Positions 8,140-17,468 of a stretch of 64,000 nt of DNA are shown one piece after another. A program made the translations under genes and the position numbers. This DNA is from a virus (taxonomy: Duplodnaviria > Caudoviricetes): positions 22,546-86,545 of IMG/VR virus record IMGVR_UViG_2868108522_000001; one strand, written 5' to 3'. The notes under the pieces are model-generated. The model saw only the letters and a list, made by a program, of their open reading frames with translations, was not told the origin of the DNA and searched no databases. Numbering within the stretch: the first letter of the stretch is position 1; each line of letters starts with the position of its first letter.

Positions 8140-9519
8140 ATGACTGCCAGCCCGCCGAAGGTGAACGGCCACGCACGGCCGCCGGCCCTGCAAGTACTGG
8201 GGGACTGGCAGCCCGTCGCCGCCGAGACCGAGCCCGTCGAGGAACAGCGCAGCCCCGAGCCCGAGCCGGCCAAGGCCGAGCCCACAGCGGCCGACGTCGA
8301 GGTGGCCCGCGCCAGGGCATGGGCCGAGGCCGAGGAACGGCGTGTCGCTGCTGAGGCCGCCAAGGACGAGCGGCGGATCAAGGCCGAGGCCGAAGCCGAC
8401 GCCATCCGCGTGGAGGCCGAGGAGGACGCCCGCAAGGTACGCCTCGCCAACGACCGGGCCGAGCGCAAAGCGCGCGAGGACGAGGCCGCGTCCGAGGCGC
8501 GGATCGCCGAGCACAACAGGCGCCGCGACGAAGCCGACCGGGCCCGGGAGCGCGCCGCCCGCGAGGACGCCGAGCAGCAGCAGACAGAGACCGAGAAGGC
8601 CAAGGTCGTCGAGAAGTCCAGCAAGCGGTGGCGCCGCGTCGCCCTCGGCTTCTACGCCCTGTGCGCCACCGTCGCGCTGCCCGTGCAGATGGCCGCGTTC
8701 TGGGACCCGAACGCCAAGTACCTGCTCGTCGCCCCGATCTTCATCGAGGTCATCGCTCTCGTCGCTCTCGTCGGTGCCGCAGCCGCCGTCACCGACGGGC
8801 GTCCGCAGTGGCACTACCGGCTCGTCGCCTGGGCCGGCGCCCTCACCGCCGCCACCATCAACGCCGTCCACGGGCTCGGCGCGTTCGACGCCGCCACCGC
8901 GTTCGGCACCGCCCTCGCCTCCGTCGCCGGGCCCGGCATGTGGGACCTCCACGAGCACGGCCGAATCCGCAAGCGCGACGGCGTCCCCACCCGCGGGGAG
9001 CGGAAGGCGGCGGAGAAGGAAGCCAAGCGGATCGCCGCCGAGAAGGCCGCGGAGGAGAAGCGTCGGGCCGCCGAGAAGAAGGCCGCCGACGAGGCCGCGG
9101 CGGAGGCCGCGAAGCAGCTCGCGGAGATGCGCCAGGCGGAGTTCGAGGACGTGTGGAAGCACGCCCGGAAGCTGGCCGCAGCGCTCGGTGAAACGACCGT
9201 GACCGAGGCTGTGTGGCGGCGCGCGCACAAGGACATCCGCGGCGCCGACCCCGGCGAGGACGCGGAGACGATCCGGGCCCGCAACGCGGCCGAGACGAGG
9301 GTCGAAGCGGCCCGCCAGAAGCGCCCAGTGAACACCCTCAGCAAGACCACGTCGTCGCAGGTCGATCAACAAGTGCCCCCTCGCCCTCGTCGCGGTCACG
9401 CAGGGGGCCCGAAGGTGCGCGGAGTGCGACGCCCGAACGACTCGCAGAGGTACAGCAGCGGGGCCCGAAAGCAGATGTCGCTGACCGCAAAGAGCAGCTC
9501 GTCCATGGAGACGAAATGA
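8140..9519 (+). CDS. Spd/SpdB-like coiled-coil membrane protein (plasmid-spreading type)
   Basis: Long Ala/Glu/Arg coiled coils around four TM segments; lies upstream of TraB. Confidence 0.7.
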   Translation: MTASPPKVNGHARPPALQVLGDWQPVAAETEPVEEQRSPEPEPAKAEPTAADVEVARARAWAEAEERRVAAEAAKDERRIKAEAEADAIRVEAEEDARKVRLANDRAERKAREDEAASEARIAEHNRRRDEADRARERAAREDAEQQQTETEKAKVVEKSSKRWRRVALGFYALCATVALPVQMAAFWDPNAKYLLVAPIFIEVIALVALVGAAAAVTDGRPQWHYRLVAWAGALTAATINAVHGLGAFDAATAFGTALASVAGPGMWDLHEHGRIRKRDGVPTRGERKAAEKEAKRIAAEKAAEEKRRAAEKKAADEAAAEAAKQLAEMRQAEFEDVWKHARKLAAALGETTVTEAVWRRAHKDIRGADPGEDAETIRARNAAETRVEAARQKRPVNTLSKTTSSQVDQQVPPRPRRGHAGGPKVRGVRRPNDSQRYSSGARKQMSLTAKSSSSMETK

Positions 9520-10019
9520 ACGCATCGAAGATAGGCGTCACCTACGTCCTGACGCACCCCGAGTTCGGCTCGGTGAAGGTGGGCGTCACGACTTACGGAT
9601 CACGCCGAATGCGAGACCTCTGGCGCCGTCAGGGATGGGTTCCGTACAAGGAGCTCCACCTCGTCTCCAAGCCTCTCGCCGAGACCGTTGAGCAGAACGT
9701 CCTGCTGCAACTCCGACACCGCTTCAACATCCCCGCACACCTCACGCATGACCTCATGCCCGAAGGGTGGACCGAGACCGTGAGCGCTCGACTCATGAGC
9801 CCGGACGCCGTCTGGGAGCTGGTCTGCCTGGAGGCGGGCGTACTCCAGATGAGCCCTTCCGTGGGCGCCTTCAAGCCCACTTCGCACCGACCGCCCAGCT
9901 CCTACCGACGCACCAAGGGCGATACACCCAAGTACCACCCGATCGCCCGGCTGCTGGCCAGCCAGGAGCGCCGGATCCTTCCGAAGACCGCCAAGAGCAC
10001 TCGCCCGAACGCCAACTAA
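9516..10019 (+). CDS. GIY-YIG/T5orf172-like nuclease domain protein
   Basis: YVLTHPEFGSVKVGVT...R...GWTETV pattern. Confidence 0.55.
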   Translation: MNASKIGVTYVLTHPEFGSVKVGVTTYGSRRMRDLWRRQGWVPYKELHLVSKPLAETVEQNVLLQLRHRFNIPAHLTHDLMPEGWTETVSARLMSPDAVWELVCLEAGVLQMSPSVGAFKPTSHRPPSSYRRTKGDTPKYHPIARLLASQERRILPKTAKSTRPNAN

Positions 10020-10042
10020 CCCACCTCCTGGAGAAGATCGAA

Positions 10043-10633
10043 ATGAACGTCACCCTTCGTCGTATCGCCGTGTCGGGCAGTGCCGCGGTTGCCGTCCTCG
10101 GCGGTGCCGCCACCATCACCCTGGCTGCCCCCTCGCCGGCTTCCGCTGCCGTCTCCGAGCACGTCGTCGAGCGGGCCGTCACCGCCCCCGTCACGATGCC
10201 CGACGGGCGCACGATCCGGATCACTGGCATGGGCGGCTACGGCCACCACGCCACCGACAAGCACATCGCCGTCGTCGCCGGATTCAAGACCGACACCCAG
10301 CCGGGTGGCCTCGACGGAATCACCAACGGACTCACCCCCGACAACTCCGGCACGGGCGCCCAGCTGCAGAACCCGCAGCAGGTCCCGGCCGGCTATCCGC
10401 AGAACATCCAGACCCAGGCATCCGGCGGCACGATCGGCGTCACGGTGGCTGTCGGCGTAGGCCTTCTGATCGGCGTGATCGTCATGCTCAAGCGGGGCTC
10501 GATGAAGTTCATCCAGGCCGCCGCGTGCATCGCCCTCGGCGTGTACCTCGCCCCCACGTTCGTCGGCCCGCTCGTGCAGCAGCTCGGCGGATCCGTCGGC
10601 GTCGGCCTCGGCAACGTCTGGTCCGGCTTCTAG
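10043..10633 (+). CDS. Exported/membrane protein (signal peptide plus C-terminal TMs)
   Basis: RR-hydrophobic-ASA signal peptide; two C-terminal hydrophobic helices. Confidence 0.75.
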   Translation: MNVTLRRIAVSGSAAVAVLGGAATITLAAPSPASAAVSEHVVERAVTAPVTMPDGRTIRITGMGGYGHHATDKHIAVVAGFKTDTQPGGLDGITNGLTPDNSGTGAQLQNPQQVPAGYPQNIQTQASGGTIGVTVAVGVGLLIGVIVMLKRGSMKFIQAAACIALGVYLAPTFVGPLVQQLGGSVGVGLGNVWSGF

Positions 10634-10695
10634 GCCACACCCCTCCTGCGGGGCCCGCACGGGCCCCGCCCCCCGACTCTGGAAGGACACGGCCT

Positions 10696-12951
10696 GTGGC
10701 CACCGAGACCGAACCCGTCGAGCAGCAGATCCCGCCCATGCCCACCGACCCGCCCACCATCCCGCGCAAGCAGCGGATCGACACCGTGAAGCTGCAGGCC
10801 AAGGCCGCCTACGGCGAGCAGAAGCAGAACGTTCGGCAGCGCCTCGCCGCCTGGTTCGCCACCGCTGACATCGACGACCAGAAGCTCGCCGAGCAGGTCG
10901 TCGACAACAAGCGCCGCCAGGCCCAGCGACAGGACGACGAACTCCTGCGCCAGGTCGGCCGCGTCAACAGCCGACTCGCCCAAGCGCGCATAGACGCCGC
11001 CCGTCGCGGAGAGGAGACCAGCCCCCAGGTCGAGCGGATCAAGGGCGAGCTGGCCGCGCTGCAGGCCCGCGTCGAGACACGAGCCGCCGAAGGCCCCGCG
11101 GTCGCGGTGATGCCGCCCACCAACAAGGAACTGGACCGGGCCCGCTGGACGAAGAAGGCAACCCGGGTCGCCGCCGTCCTCGCTGGCGGCTACGGCTACC
11201 TGCACGGCATCGCAGTCGAACCAGCCCTCCTGCTGCTGTCGATCCCGGCCGGTGGCTTCGGCTGGTGGTTCCTTTCCCGCCCGCACGTTGAGGACAGCAC
11301 GGAGGCGGGTGCCCCTTTCCTGCAGACCCCGGCCCTGCCCGCCACGTTCCTGGCGGACCCGACGCAGGCCGGGGGAGCGATGAGCGTCGGATCGCACGTC
11401 GTCATGAACGTCGAGCAGCTCGCCGAAGGCGCCAAGCCGTTCCCGCTCAGGACCGTGTCCACGCCGCAGCAGCTCGCTGAATGCGTGCTCCTCGCCGCCC
11501 GCGCCGAGAACGTGCCGATCGTCGAGGTGGCGGACGTGCAGCGGCAGCCGTGGGGGTGGCAGTGCGTCGTCCGCGTCGGCGAAAGCACCCCCGAAGCGAT
11601 CATCGCCAAGTCGGGGGCACTGGAGACCCGGTTTGACCTGCCCACCAACGGGGTCCGGCCGCAGCCGCTCCGTGCCCGCCGCGCCTGCGCCATCCTCCGC
11701 CTCGTCGACGGCGACCCGTTCGCCACCGCACCCGGCCTGCCGTACCGGGCACCCAAGTCCCTGTCGATCACCGGCCGGTTCAGGATCGGCACCAGCGTCG
11801 GCGGCGACCCGCTCGAACTGTCCCTGGCCGGTGTCATGGGCCTGTGGGTTGCCGCCTCCGGTGGCGGCAAGACCGGCATCCTCCAGGCACTCGCCGAAGG
11901 AGTCACCGCCTGCTACGACAACATCACCATCGACTGCGACCCGCACGGTGACGGCCTCGAAGACCTCGGCGACGCCGTCCGGATCACTGCCCGCTCCAAC
12001 GAGCAGATCGAAGCCGTCCTCCTGTTCTTCCTGGTCATGTCGAAGGCCAGGGCGCGGCTGCGGGCGAAGCTCGGCATGGGCAAGAAGTGGAAGCCGTCCG
12101 CATCCCACCCTGCCGTCACGATCTTCATTGACGAGTTTCCGAAGCTGTCCGACCTGGCCAAGCTCCTCGCCTTCGACCTGCTCCTCGTCGGCCGCAAGGA
12201 GCTGATTGAGGTGCAGTACGCCTCCCAGGGCGGCACGACCCGCTACCTCGGCGAGAACATCGCCCAGATGATGGCCCTCAAGGCCGTCGGCCCCTGCAAG
12301 GTCGGCGACACTCGCGCCGTGTTCGGCGACGACTCCGTCCGCGAGGGCTACCTGCCGCACAAGCTCAGCCCCGCCACCGATACCGACGCCAAGGATGCTG
12401 GCCATCTCTTCATCCAGGGCGTGCCCGGCATGGCCGACGAGCCGATCGAGTACGCCATCCACGAAGCACCCTCCGACGTGCTGCGGAAGCTAGCCGCGGA
12501 GCGCGCCGACGCCGGACTCCTCGACCCCGACCAGGACAGCCTCGACGGCATGCGCGGCGTCGACCTGCCCGAGTACGCCGAGGCGGAGTACGACAAGCAG
12601 GGCGACCTTAAGAAGCCGGCCCCGGTGTCACTCCTCACGTGGGAGCAGCTGCTGCGCCTGTGCGATGCCGAACCGCCCGCCGGATCGGAGCTGACGGACG
12701 GTCCGGCGCGGGCCGCGGTCGAGGACTCGGTCGCTGTCATGGAGAAGGCTGGCGTGGACCGGATGAAGACCGAGCCGCTGCTGGCCGCCCTGCACGAGTT
12801 CGACCCGGAGACCTACGGCGAGCTGGGTGTCGACGAGTTCAAGGCGCTGATGAAGCAGGCGGGCGCCGGGTCGCCCATAACGCTCGGGCCGATCGGTGAG
12901 GAGAAGAATCCGCGCGGCTTCAAGCGTGATCGACTCCGCCACCTGCTGTGA
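10696..12951 (+). CDS. traB: FtsK/SpoIIIE-family conjugal DNA translocase (Streptomyces TraB-like)
   Basis: N-terminal TM, Walker A AASGGGKT, Walker B IFIDEFP, ASQ motif, C-terminal wHTH-like region; GGAAGGA RBS. Confidence 0.8.
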   Translation: MATETEPVEQQIPPMPTDPPTIPRKQRIDTVKLQAKAAYGEQKQNVRQRLAAWFATADIDDQKLAEQVVDNKRRQAQRQDDELLRQVGRVNSRLAQARIDAARRGEETSPQVERIKGELAALQARVETRAAEGPAVAVMPPTNKELDRARWTKKATRVAAVLAGGYGYLHGIAVEPALLLLSIPAGGFGWWFLSRPHVEDSTEAGAPFLQTPALPATFLADPTQAGGAMSVGSHVVMNVEQLAEGAKPFPLRTVSTPQQLAECVLLAARAENVPIVEVADVQRQPWGWQCVVRVGESTPEAIIAKSGALETRFDLPTNGVRPQPLRARRACAILRLVDGDPFATAPGLPYRAPKSLSITGRFRIGTSVGGDPLELSLAGVMGLWVAASGGGKTGILQALAEGVTACYDNITIDCDPHGDGLEDLGDAVRITARSNEQIEAVLLFFLVMSKARARLRAKLGMGKKWKPSASHPAVTIFIDEFPKLSDLAKLLAFDLLLVGRKELIEVQYASQGGTTRYLGENIAQMMALKAVGPCKVGDTRAVFGDDSVREGYLPHKLSPATDTDAKDAGHLFIQGVPGMADEPIEYAIHEAPSDVLRKLAAERADAGLLDPDQDSLDGMRGVDLPEYAEAEYDKQGDLKKPAPVSLLTWEQLLRLCDAEPPAGSELTDGPARAAVEDSVAVMEKAGVDRMKTEPLLAALHEFDPETYGELGVDEFKALMKQAGAGSPITLGPIGEEKNPRGFKRDRLRHLL

Positions 12952-13175
12952 CCAATATGTGAGGTATGCACGGCTGATCGGTCGCAGATCAGCCGTGCTC
13001 ACACCGCAACACCGCAGGTCAGCGACCGCTCCCGCTCTCGCTCCGTCAACGCTCAGGGCTCGCTCCGAGCGGCACCCGATCAGGCCCTGCGCGGTCGCCG
13101 ACCTGCACCTCTCCGGGGCGAGCAGTCCCGATCAGCAAGAACAAACCATCACAAACCAGAAACGGAGATCACCGC

Positions 13176-13589
13176 ATGTCTGAGAAGTTCGAGCCCACGA
13201 AGAAGGGCGCCCGGGACCTCACCCGCTACCTGGACCGCCGCGGCAAGGGCACCACCGTGTACACGGTCGCCGAAGGCCGCGACTGGGGCCTCGGAAGCGA
13301 GCGCGTCTACAACAAGCACACCTTCACGGGCCGCTCGTGGGGCAGCGCCAACTGGACCACCGGCCACTACTCGCCGACGACGCTGCTGAGCAACTGCGGC
13401 ACCGTCTACACCGAGCCGCCCCGCGGCGCCCGCTACCTCGGCGACCGCGCCCCTCAGGTCGCCGGCCCGCTCGGCAACGACGACTACGAGGGGATCTTGG
13501 ACGAGGACGAACTGCGTGGCCTGGAGAAGCAGGCCCGACAGACGTCGAACCCGAAGACCCGACGGCGCCCCGGCATCTGGCGCGTCTGA
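13176..13589 (+). CDS. Hypothetical protein
   Basis: GGAG RBS; high GC3. Confidence 0.75.
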   Translation: MSEKFEPTKKGARDLTRYLDRRGKGTTVYTVAEGRDWGLGSERVYNKHTFTGRSWGSANWTTGHYSPTTLLSNCGTVYTEPPRGARYLGDRAPQVAGPLGNDDYEGILDEDELRGLEKQARQTSNPKTRRRPGIWRV

Positions 13590-13613
13590 CCCACCCACCC
13601 GAAGGAGATCACC

Positions 13614-13796
13614 GTGCAGTACACCCACCAGTCCGTCCGTGACCTGGTCGACGCCAAGCGGCGCGGCGACAGGGCGGCGGCAGACCGCATCACGGCCGAC
13701 GTCACAAGGCGCTACGACGCAGGGCAGGCAACGGGCGACGAGATCGTCGAGCTGGGCCAGGCCGACGTGCGCGTCCGCTTCGGATCGGGGGAGTGA
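13614..13796 (+). CDS. Hypothetical protein
   Basis: AAGGAG RBS. Confidence 0.65.
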   Translation: MQYTHQSVRDLVDAKRRGDRAAADRITADVTRRYDAGQATGDEIVELGQADVRVRFGSGE

Positions 13797-13969
13797 CCGC
13801 GATGCTGACCCTGCGCGCGGCCATCGCCGCCGGATTCACCCACACCGAGATCTACACAGCGGCCACTCAGCCGAAGTAGCTCCGCCCGGGGCGCCCCTTC
13901 ACAGCCTGGCAGCCACAGGGGCGCCCCGGTCCCCACGCCCACCCGAAGATCGACGAGGAGACCCTCATC

Positions 13970-14155
13970 ATGCCCCAATCCATGACCGACCAGGACTGGG
14001 AGGCGCAGAACGGCAGCCTCTCGCCCGAGCAAGTCCAGGCCCGCAGCCTGTGCTGGTGCTGCCGCGGAAACGGCGTCTTGTTCACCGCGTTCGGCGGTGT
14101 GCAGCGCCGGGTGCCCTGCCCCGAGAAGTGCGACAACGGCAAGGCCCGCCGATGA
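13970..14155 (+). CDS. Small Zn-finger protein
   Basis: CWCCRGNG...CPEKCDNG. Confidence 0.65.
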   Translation: MPQSMTDQDWEAQNGSLSPEQVQARSLCWCCRGNGVLFTAFGGVQRRVPCPEKCDNGKARR

Positions 14156-14655
14156 GCACGGCGACGATCACTCCCGCGCCGCCCGTCCTCGACCTGGACG
14201 CCCGACTCGCACTCGTCGACGCTGCCATGACGATCCGCCTGGACCAGGCCGCGGTCGCGTTCGAGGTGAACACGGCGCACCTGCCCGGCGCCGACCCGGT
14301 ACCGCACATCGCCGAGACCCTGCCGCACCCGCCGACCACCGCGCCCAGCCCGTACCGGACGCCGCTCGCCGACCTGCTCCACCGGGCCCGCACCCGGATC
14401 GAAACCGACGGCTGGTGCCGCGACGCCGCCTTCGACGAGGCCGGCGCCGTCTGCCCGATCCGGGCGATCCGGCTCGAAGCCCGCGGCGACCGGGACCTCG
14501 CCCACGACGCATGCGTCGCCCTCCTCGACGCCATCCAGGAACGCTTTGCCGACGCCGAGACGATCCCGTCGTGGAACCGGCAGCAGACCAGTGCCGGCCC
14601 CGTCCTCGCAGCCTTCGACCGCGCCACCCACCACGCCCACACCCGCAATCAGTAG
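14152..14655 (+). CDS. DUF6197-like protein
   Basis: RIETDGWCR...GAVCPIRAI...WN...VLAAF pattern. Confidence 0.6.
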   Translation: MSTATITPAPPVLDLDARLALVDAAMTIRLDQAAVAFEVNTAHLPGADPVPHIAETLPHPPTTAPSPYRTPLADLLHRARTRIETDGWCRDAAFDEAGAVCPIRAIRLEARGDRDLAHDACVALLDAIQERFADAETIPSWNRQQTSAGPVLAAFDRATHHAHTRNQ

Positions 14656-14664
14656 GAGACCCGC

Positions 14665-14877
14665 ATGCCGAACGCCGACCAGGCCCGCGAGAACGCGATC
14701 CGCGTCCTCATCGCCTCACAGAAAGCCGACCGCGCCGGACGCGCCGCCGACCCCGTCCACCGGCAGGTCGTGCCCGCCCTCGACCAGGCCAAAGCCGCCG
14801 GCTGCAACCTGCGGTCCATTCACGCCGACGCCGACCGCCGGTACGGGCAGTGGCTCATCGACAACGCAGGCCGGTGA
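14665..14877 (+). CDS. Hypothetical protein
   Basis: AGGAG RBS. Confidence 0.6.
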   Translation: MPNADQARENAIRVLIASQKADRAGRAADPVHRQVVPALDQAKAAGCNLRSIHADADRRYGQWLIDNAGR

Positions 14878-14882
14878 CGCCG

Positions 14883-15185
14883 ATGCCCGCCACGATCACC
14901 GTCGACGGTCTCATCCGGCAGCATGCTGTCGCCGTCGCCTACCTCGCCCACGAACCCACCCCGGCCACAGACGTGGGTGCGTTCATCGCGCAGCTCGGCG
15001 CAGTCGCCGACCATCTTCAGGTGGCGGGGATCGTCGGCCACCACGACCTGAAAGCCGCGGCCCGGCTCATCGCCGAGGCTGCCGACGAGCCGTCCCAGCG
15101 GCGCGGCGTACTGCTGCAGCGTGCAGCCCTGTGCCTGTCGGGTGTCGGCGACATGGCCGACGAATACCGGGACATGGTCGCCTGA
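14883..15185 (+). CDS. Hypothetical protein
   Basis: Helical protein, last gene of the operon. Confidence 0.55.
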   Translation: MPATITVDGLIRQHAVAVAYLAHEPTPATDVGAFIAQLGAVADHLQVAGIVGHHDLKAAARLIAEAADEPSQRRGVLLQRAALCLSGVGDMADEYRDMVA

Positions 15186-15377
15186 TCAGCCAGCGACGGC
15201 AGGGCCCCGACCGTCCACGGCCGGGGCCTTCGCCGTGGGCACCGCGCGCGCCATCCACCGGCCGTCCGTCATATAGCGGGGCATCATCACCGGCTGGAAC
15301 CCGGCATCGACCAGTTGGGCGAGGCCCTCGACGCACTCGTCCTCCGTCGCCGCCTGGACGCTCACCCGGATCGCCAT
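15186..15377 (-). CDS. Hypothetical protein (leaderless)
   Basis: CAGACT -10-like hexamer 6 nt before ATG. Confidence 0.55.
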   Translation of the reverse strand: MAIRVSVQAATEDECVEGLAQLVDAGFQPVMMPRYMTDGRWMARAVPTAKAPAVDGRGPAVAG

Positions 15378-15559
15378 GACAGCAGTCTGCCCCGCCCGGA
15401 TGGTGGGCGGGGCAGGAACTGGGGAAGCCGACTACCGGCGTCGCCGCCACGCCCGCCACAGCCGGTACGCCCGGTAGGCGAGCAGCGGCACCAGCACCAC
15501 GGCGACCGCGATGCCCACCCACGGCGGGAGGGAGCCGGAGTCGGGGAGGTAGATGGCGG

Positions 15560-15790
15560 TCACTGGGGTTCCTCGGTTGCTGCTGGGCTCTGCTCTTCGC
15601 GTGTGCGGGAGTCGCCGTTGATGCGGATGCAGATGGTGCGGGCGCGTTCGTGGTTGACGTCTGCCCAGCCGCCGATTTCGCGGAATGAGTGACCGTCGAG
15701 GCGTGCGGCTGCGATGTCGGCGTTGAGTGCGGCTTTGGCGCGCTCAACTGCTGCTGCCCGCTTGCCGAGCTGCTTCTCCCAATCGGTCAT
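15560..15790 (-). CDS. Small HTH repressor
   Basis: GHSFREIGGWADVNHERARTI HTH; divergent from the next operon. Confidence 0.7.
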   Translation of the reverse strand: MTDWEKQLGKRAAAVERAKAALNADIAAARLDGHSFREIGGWADVNHERARTICIRINGDSRTREEQSPAATEEPQ

Positions 15791-15813
15791 GGGGTGGATG
15801 GTCTCACGGCTGC

Positions 15814-15894
15814 TGTCTGTTTCCTAGACGACTTCTGTCTAAGTCGTAGACGGCGGCACCGCCCGCTGTCATGCTGGTGTCTAGAAAGTAGACA
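15814..15894. promoter_or_regulatory. Three operators GTCT(A/G)-N5-TAGAC
   Basis: 15815-15829, 15837-15851 and 15879-15893 in the divergent intergenic gap. Confidence 0.75.
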
Positions 15895-15911
15895 GCCTGG
15901 AGGGGGTTGCC

Positions 15912-16184
15912 GTGATCACAAGGGTGCAGGTCGACATCCCGGTGCCGGATGCGGTGGCCCTGCTGGCCGGCCGTCATCTCCCACCCCGGGTGCGGGCGGC
16001 GGTGGCGGATGCTGCGGAGGCGGCCCGCCTGTATGCCGCCTGCCGCGGCCCGCAGTACACGGAAGCCCGGCAGCTCCTCGAAGCCCGGCTTCGGACCGCC
16101 AACAAGACGCTGGCCGCGCACAATCCTGGGCTCGCCGTGCGGTGGGCCGACATCCCAACCCTCATCACAAAGGAGACCCGATGA
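15912..16184 (+). CDS. Hypothetical protein
   Basis: GGAGG RBS. Confidence 0.6.
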   Translation: MITRVQVDIPVPDAVALLAGRHLPPRVRAAVADAAEAARLYAACRGPQYTEARQLLEARLRTANKTLAAHNPGLAVRWADIPTLITKETR

Positions 16185-16477
16185 CCCCCGACGAGAGGGA
16201 AGCCGTGAAGGCCCGCTTCCGTGCCAGGCTGCAGGCCCGGCGGCAGATGGCCTCCCGCGAGTACCTGCTGAACATGCTGTGCGCCACCAACACCCACGCG
16301 GACGCGGAAGCGATCCTTGACCGCTTCGAGCGGGAAAGCGAGACCAGCAAGCGCCTCAGCAGGGTGATGGACCTGTGCGACGAGATGGAACGCGACGGCA
16401 TCACCTCGGGCGAGCCGTTCACCGTCCGCCGCGTCCACGCCATCGCCCTCGGCGACGACCAGCAGGAGGAGCGATGA
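16181..16477 (+). CDS. Hypothetical protein
   Basis: ATGA coupling, AAGGAG RBS. Confidence 0.65.
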   Translation: MTPDEREAVKARFRARLQARRQMASREYLLNMLCATNTHADAEAILDRFERESETSKRLSRVMDLCDEMERDGITSGEPFTVRRVHAIALGDDQQEER

Positions 16478-16644
16478 GCATTCCCGCCCAGCCGCGTTTC
16501 GTCGTGGAGAAGCACGGGCCCGGCGCCTACTACGTCTTCGACACGGCCACCGGGGTCAGCCGTCACCCGTCCTTCACCCGTCGGGCCGCCCAGAAGATCG
16601 CCGACCGGAAGAACGCCGAGCAGCCCGCCAAGGAGGGGCGATGA
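16474..16644 (+). CDS. Hypothetical protein
   Basis: ATGA coupling. Confidence 0.6.
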   Translation: MSIPAQPRFVVEKHGPGAYYVFDTATGVSRHPSFTRRAAQKIADRKNAEQPAKEGR

Positions 16645-16838
16645 CCCCCAAGAACCGAGCCGCCTTCGTGGAACTGGAACCGACTGGCATGGGCCCTGAC
16701 GAGCTATGGCAGCTCACCGGATTCGTCCGCTGCGACGACTGCGGCTACCTCATGCACACCACGACCCTCGTCACTCTGCCCGACCACAGGTGCACCCAGC
16801 GGCAAGCCCGCCACCGAGACCAGGAGCGGCCGTCGTGA
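16641..16838 (+). CDS. Hypothetical Zn-binding protein
   Basis: CDDCG...HRC; ATGA coupling. Confidence 0.55.
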   Translation: MTPKNRAAFVELEPTGMGPDELWQLTGFVRCDDCGYLMHTTTLVTLPDHRCTQRQARHRDQERPS

Positions 16839-17146
16839 CTGCCGTGACGGCTGCTGACTGGTGGGAGGAGTCCCCGGCGGAAGCGGCAGCCGCCGACCGC
16901 CGGTACTGGACCGACCATGCCGGGGGCGGGGACGCTGAGCCCGTGTTCGAGATCGGCGGCCAGCGGTACGAGGCGGGGGACCGGGTGCGGTTCCCGCGCG
17001 CCGCCACCCGCAAAGACCGAGCCCGCATCTACGAGATCACCGAAGCGGGCCCCGGCGGGATCACCGCCGAGGCCGACGGATGCACCTACCAGCTCAGCCG
17101 GGGCGACATCGCCGCCATCGGCATCACGCACGCAGACGAGACGTGA
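16835..17146 (+). CDS. Hypothetical protein
   Basis: GTGA coupling. Confidence 0.6.
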   Translation: MTAVTAADWWEESPAEAAAADRRYWTDHAGGGDAEPVFEIGGQRYEAGDRVRFPRAATRKDRARIYEITEAGPGGITAEADGCTYQLSRGDIAAIGITHADET

Positions 17147-17157
17147 GGAGATCGGCC

Positions 17158-17331
17158 ATGACCCGCGAGGAGTACGAGGAGAAGCGGCGCCGCCTGGAGG
17201 CAGACGCCGCCGACGCAAAGGCCGCATACAACAGGGCGCGAGCACTGTACGACGGCATCTGCGACGAGCTGCGCAACCTCCGCATCGACTGGCAGGAGCA
17301 GCAGAAGACCGACCGCGCCGCCGAGAAGTGA
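17158..17331 (+). CDS. Small coiled-coil protein
   Basis: GAGGAG RBS. Confidence 0.6.
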   Translation: MTREEYEEKRRRLEADAADAKAAYNRARALYDGICDELRNLRIDWQEQQKTDRAAEK

Positions 17332-17341
17332 CCGCCCCACC

Positions 17342-17372
17342 GAGGGCCCGCACCAGACCGGTGCGGGCCCTC
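17342..17372 (+). terminator. Intrinsic terminator hairpin
   Basis: GAGGGCCCGCACC / GGTGCGGGCCCTC. Confidence 0.7.
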
Positions 17373-17468
17373 ACGCATGCAGTGATCCATCACGCTTTGG
17401 CTACACCGTGGTCACACTGTCTTCACTAGGAGGATGATGCCCATCCCACACGCCAACAGGGGGGCACC

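Noticed and set aside
10630-12462. Long antisense ORFs (also 8086-9525, 37357-38937, 46387-48456)
   Set aside because: Shadow frames of well-supported plus-strand genes, typical of high GC3
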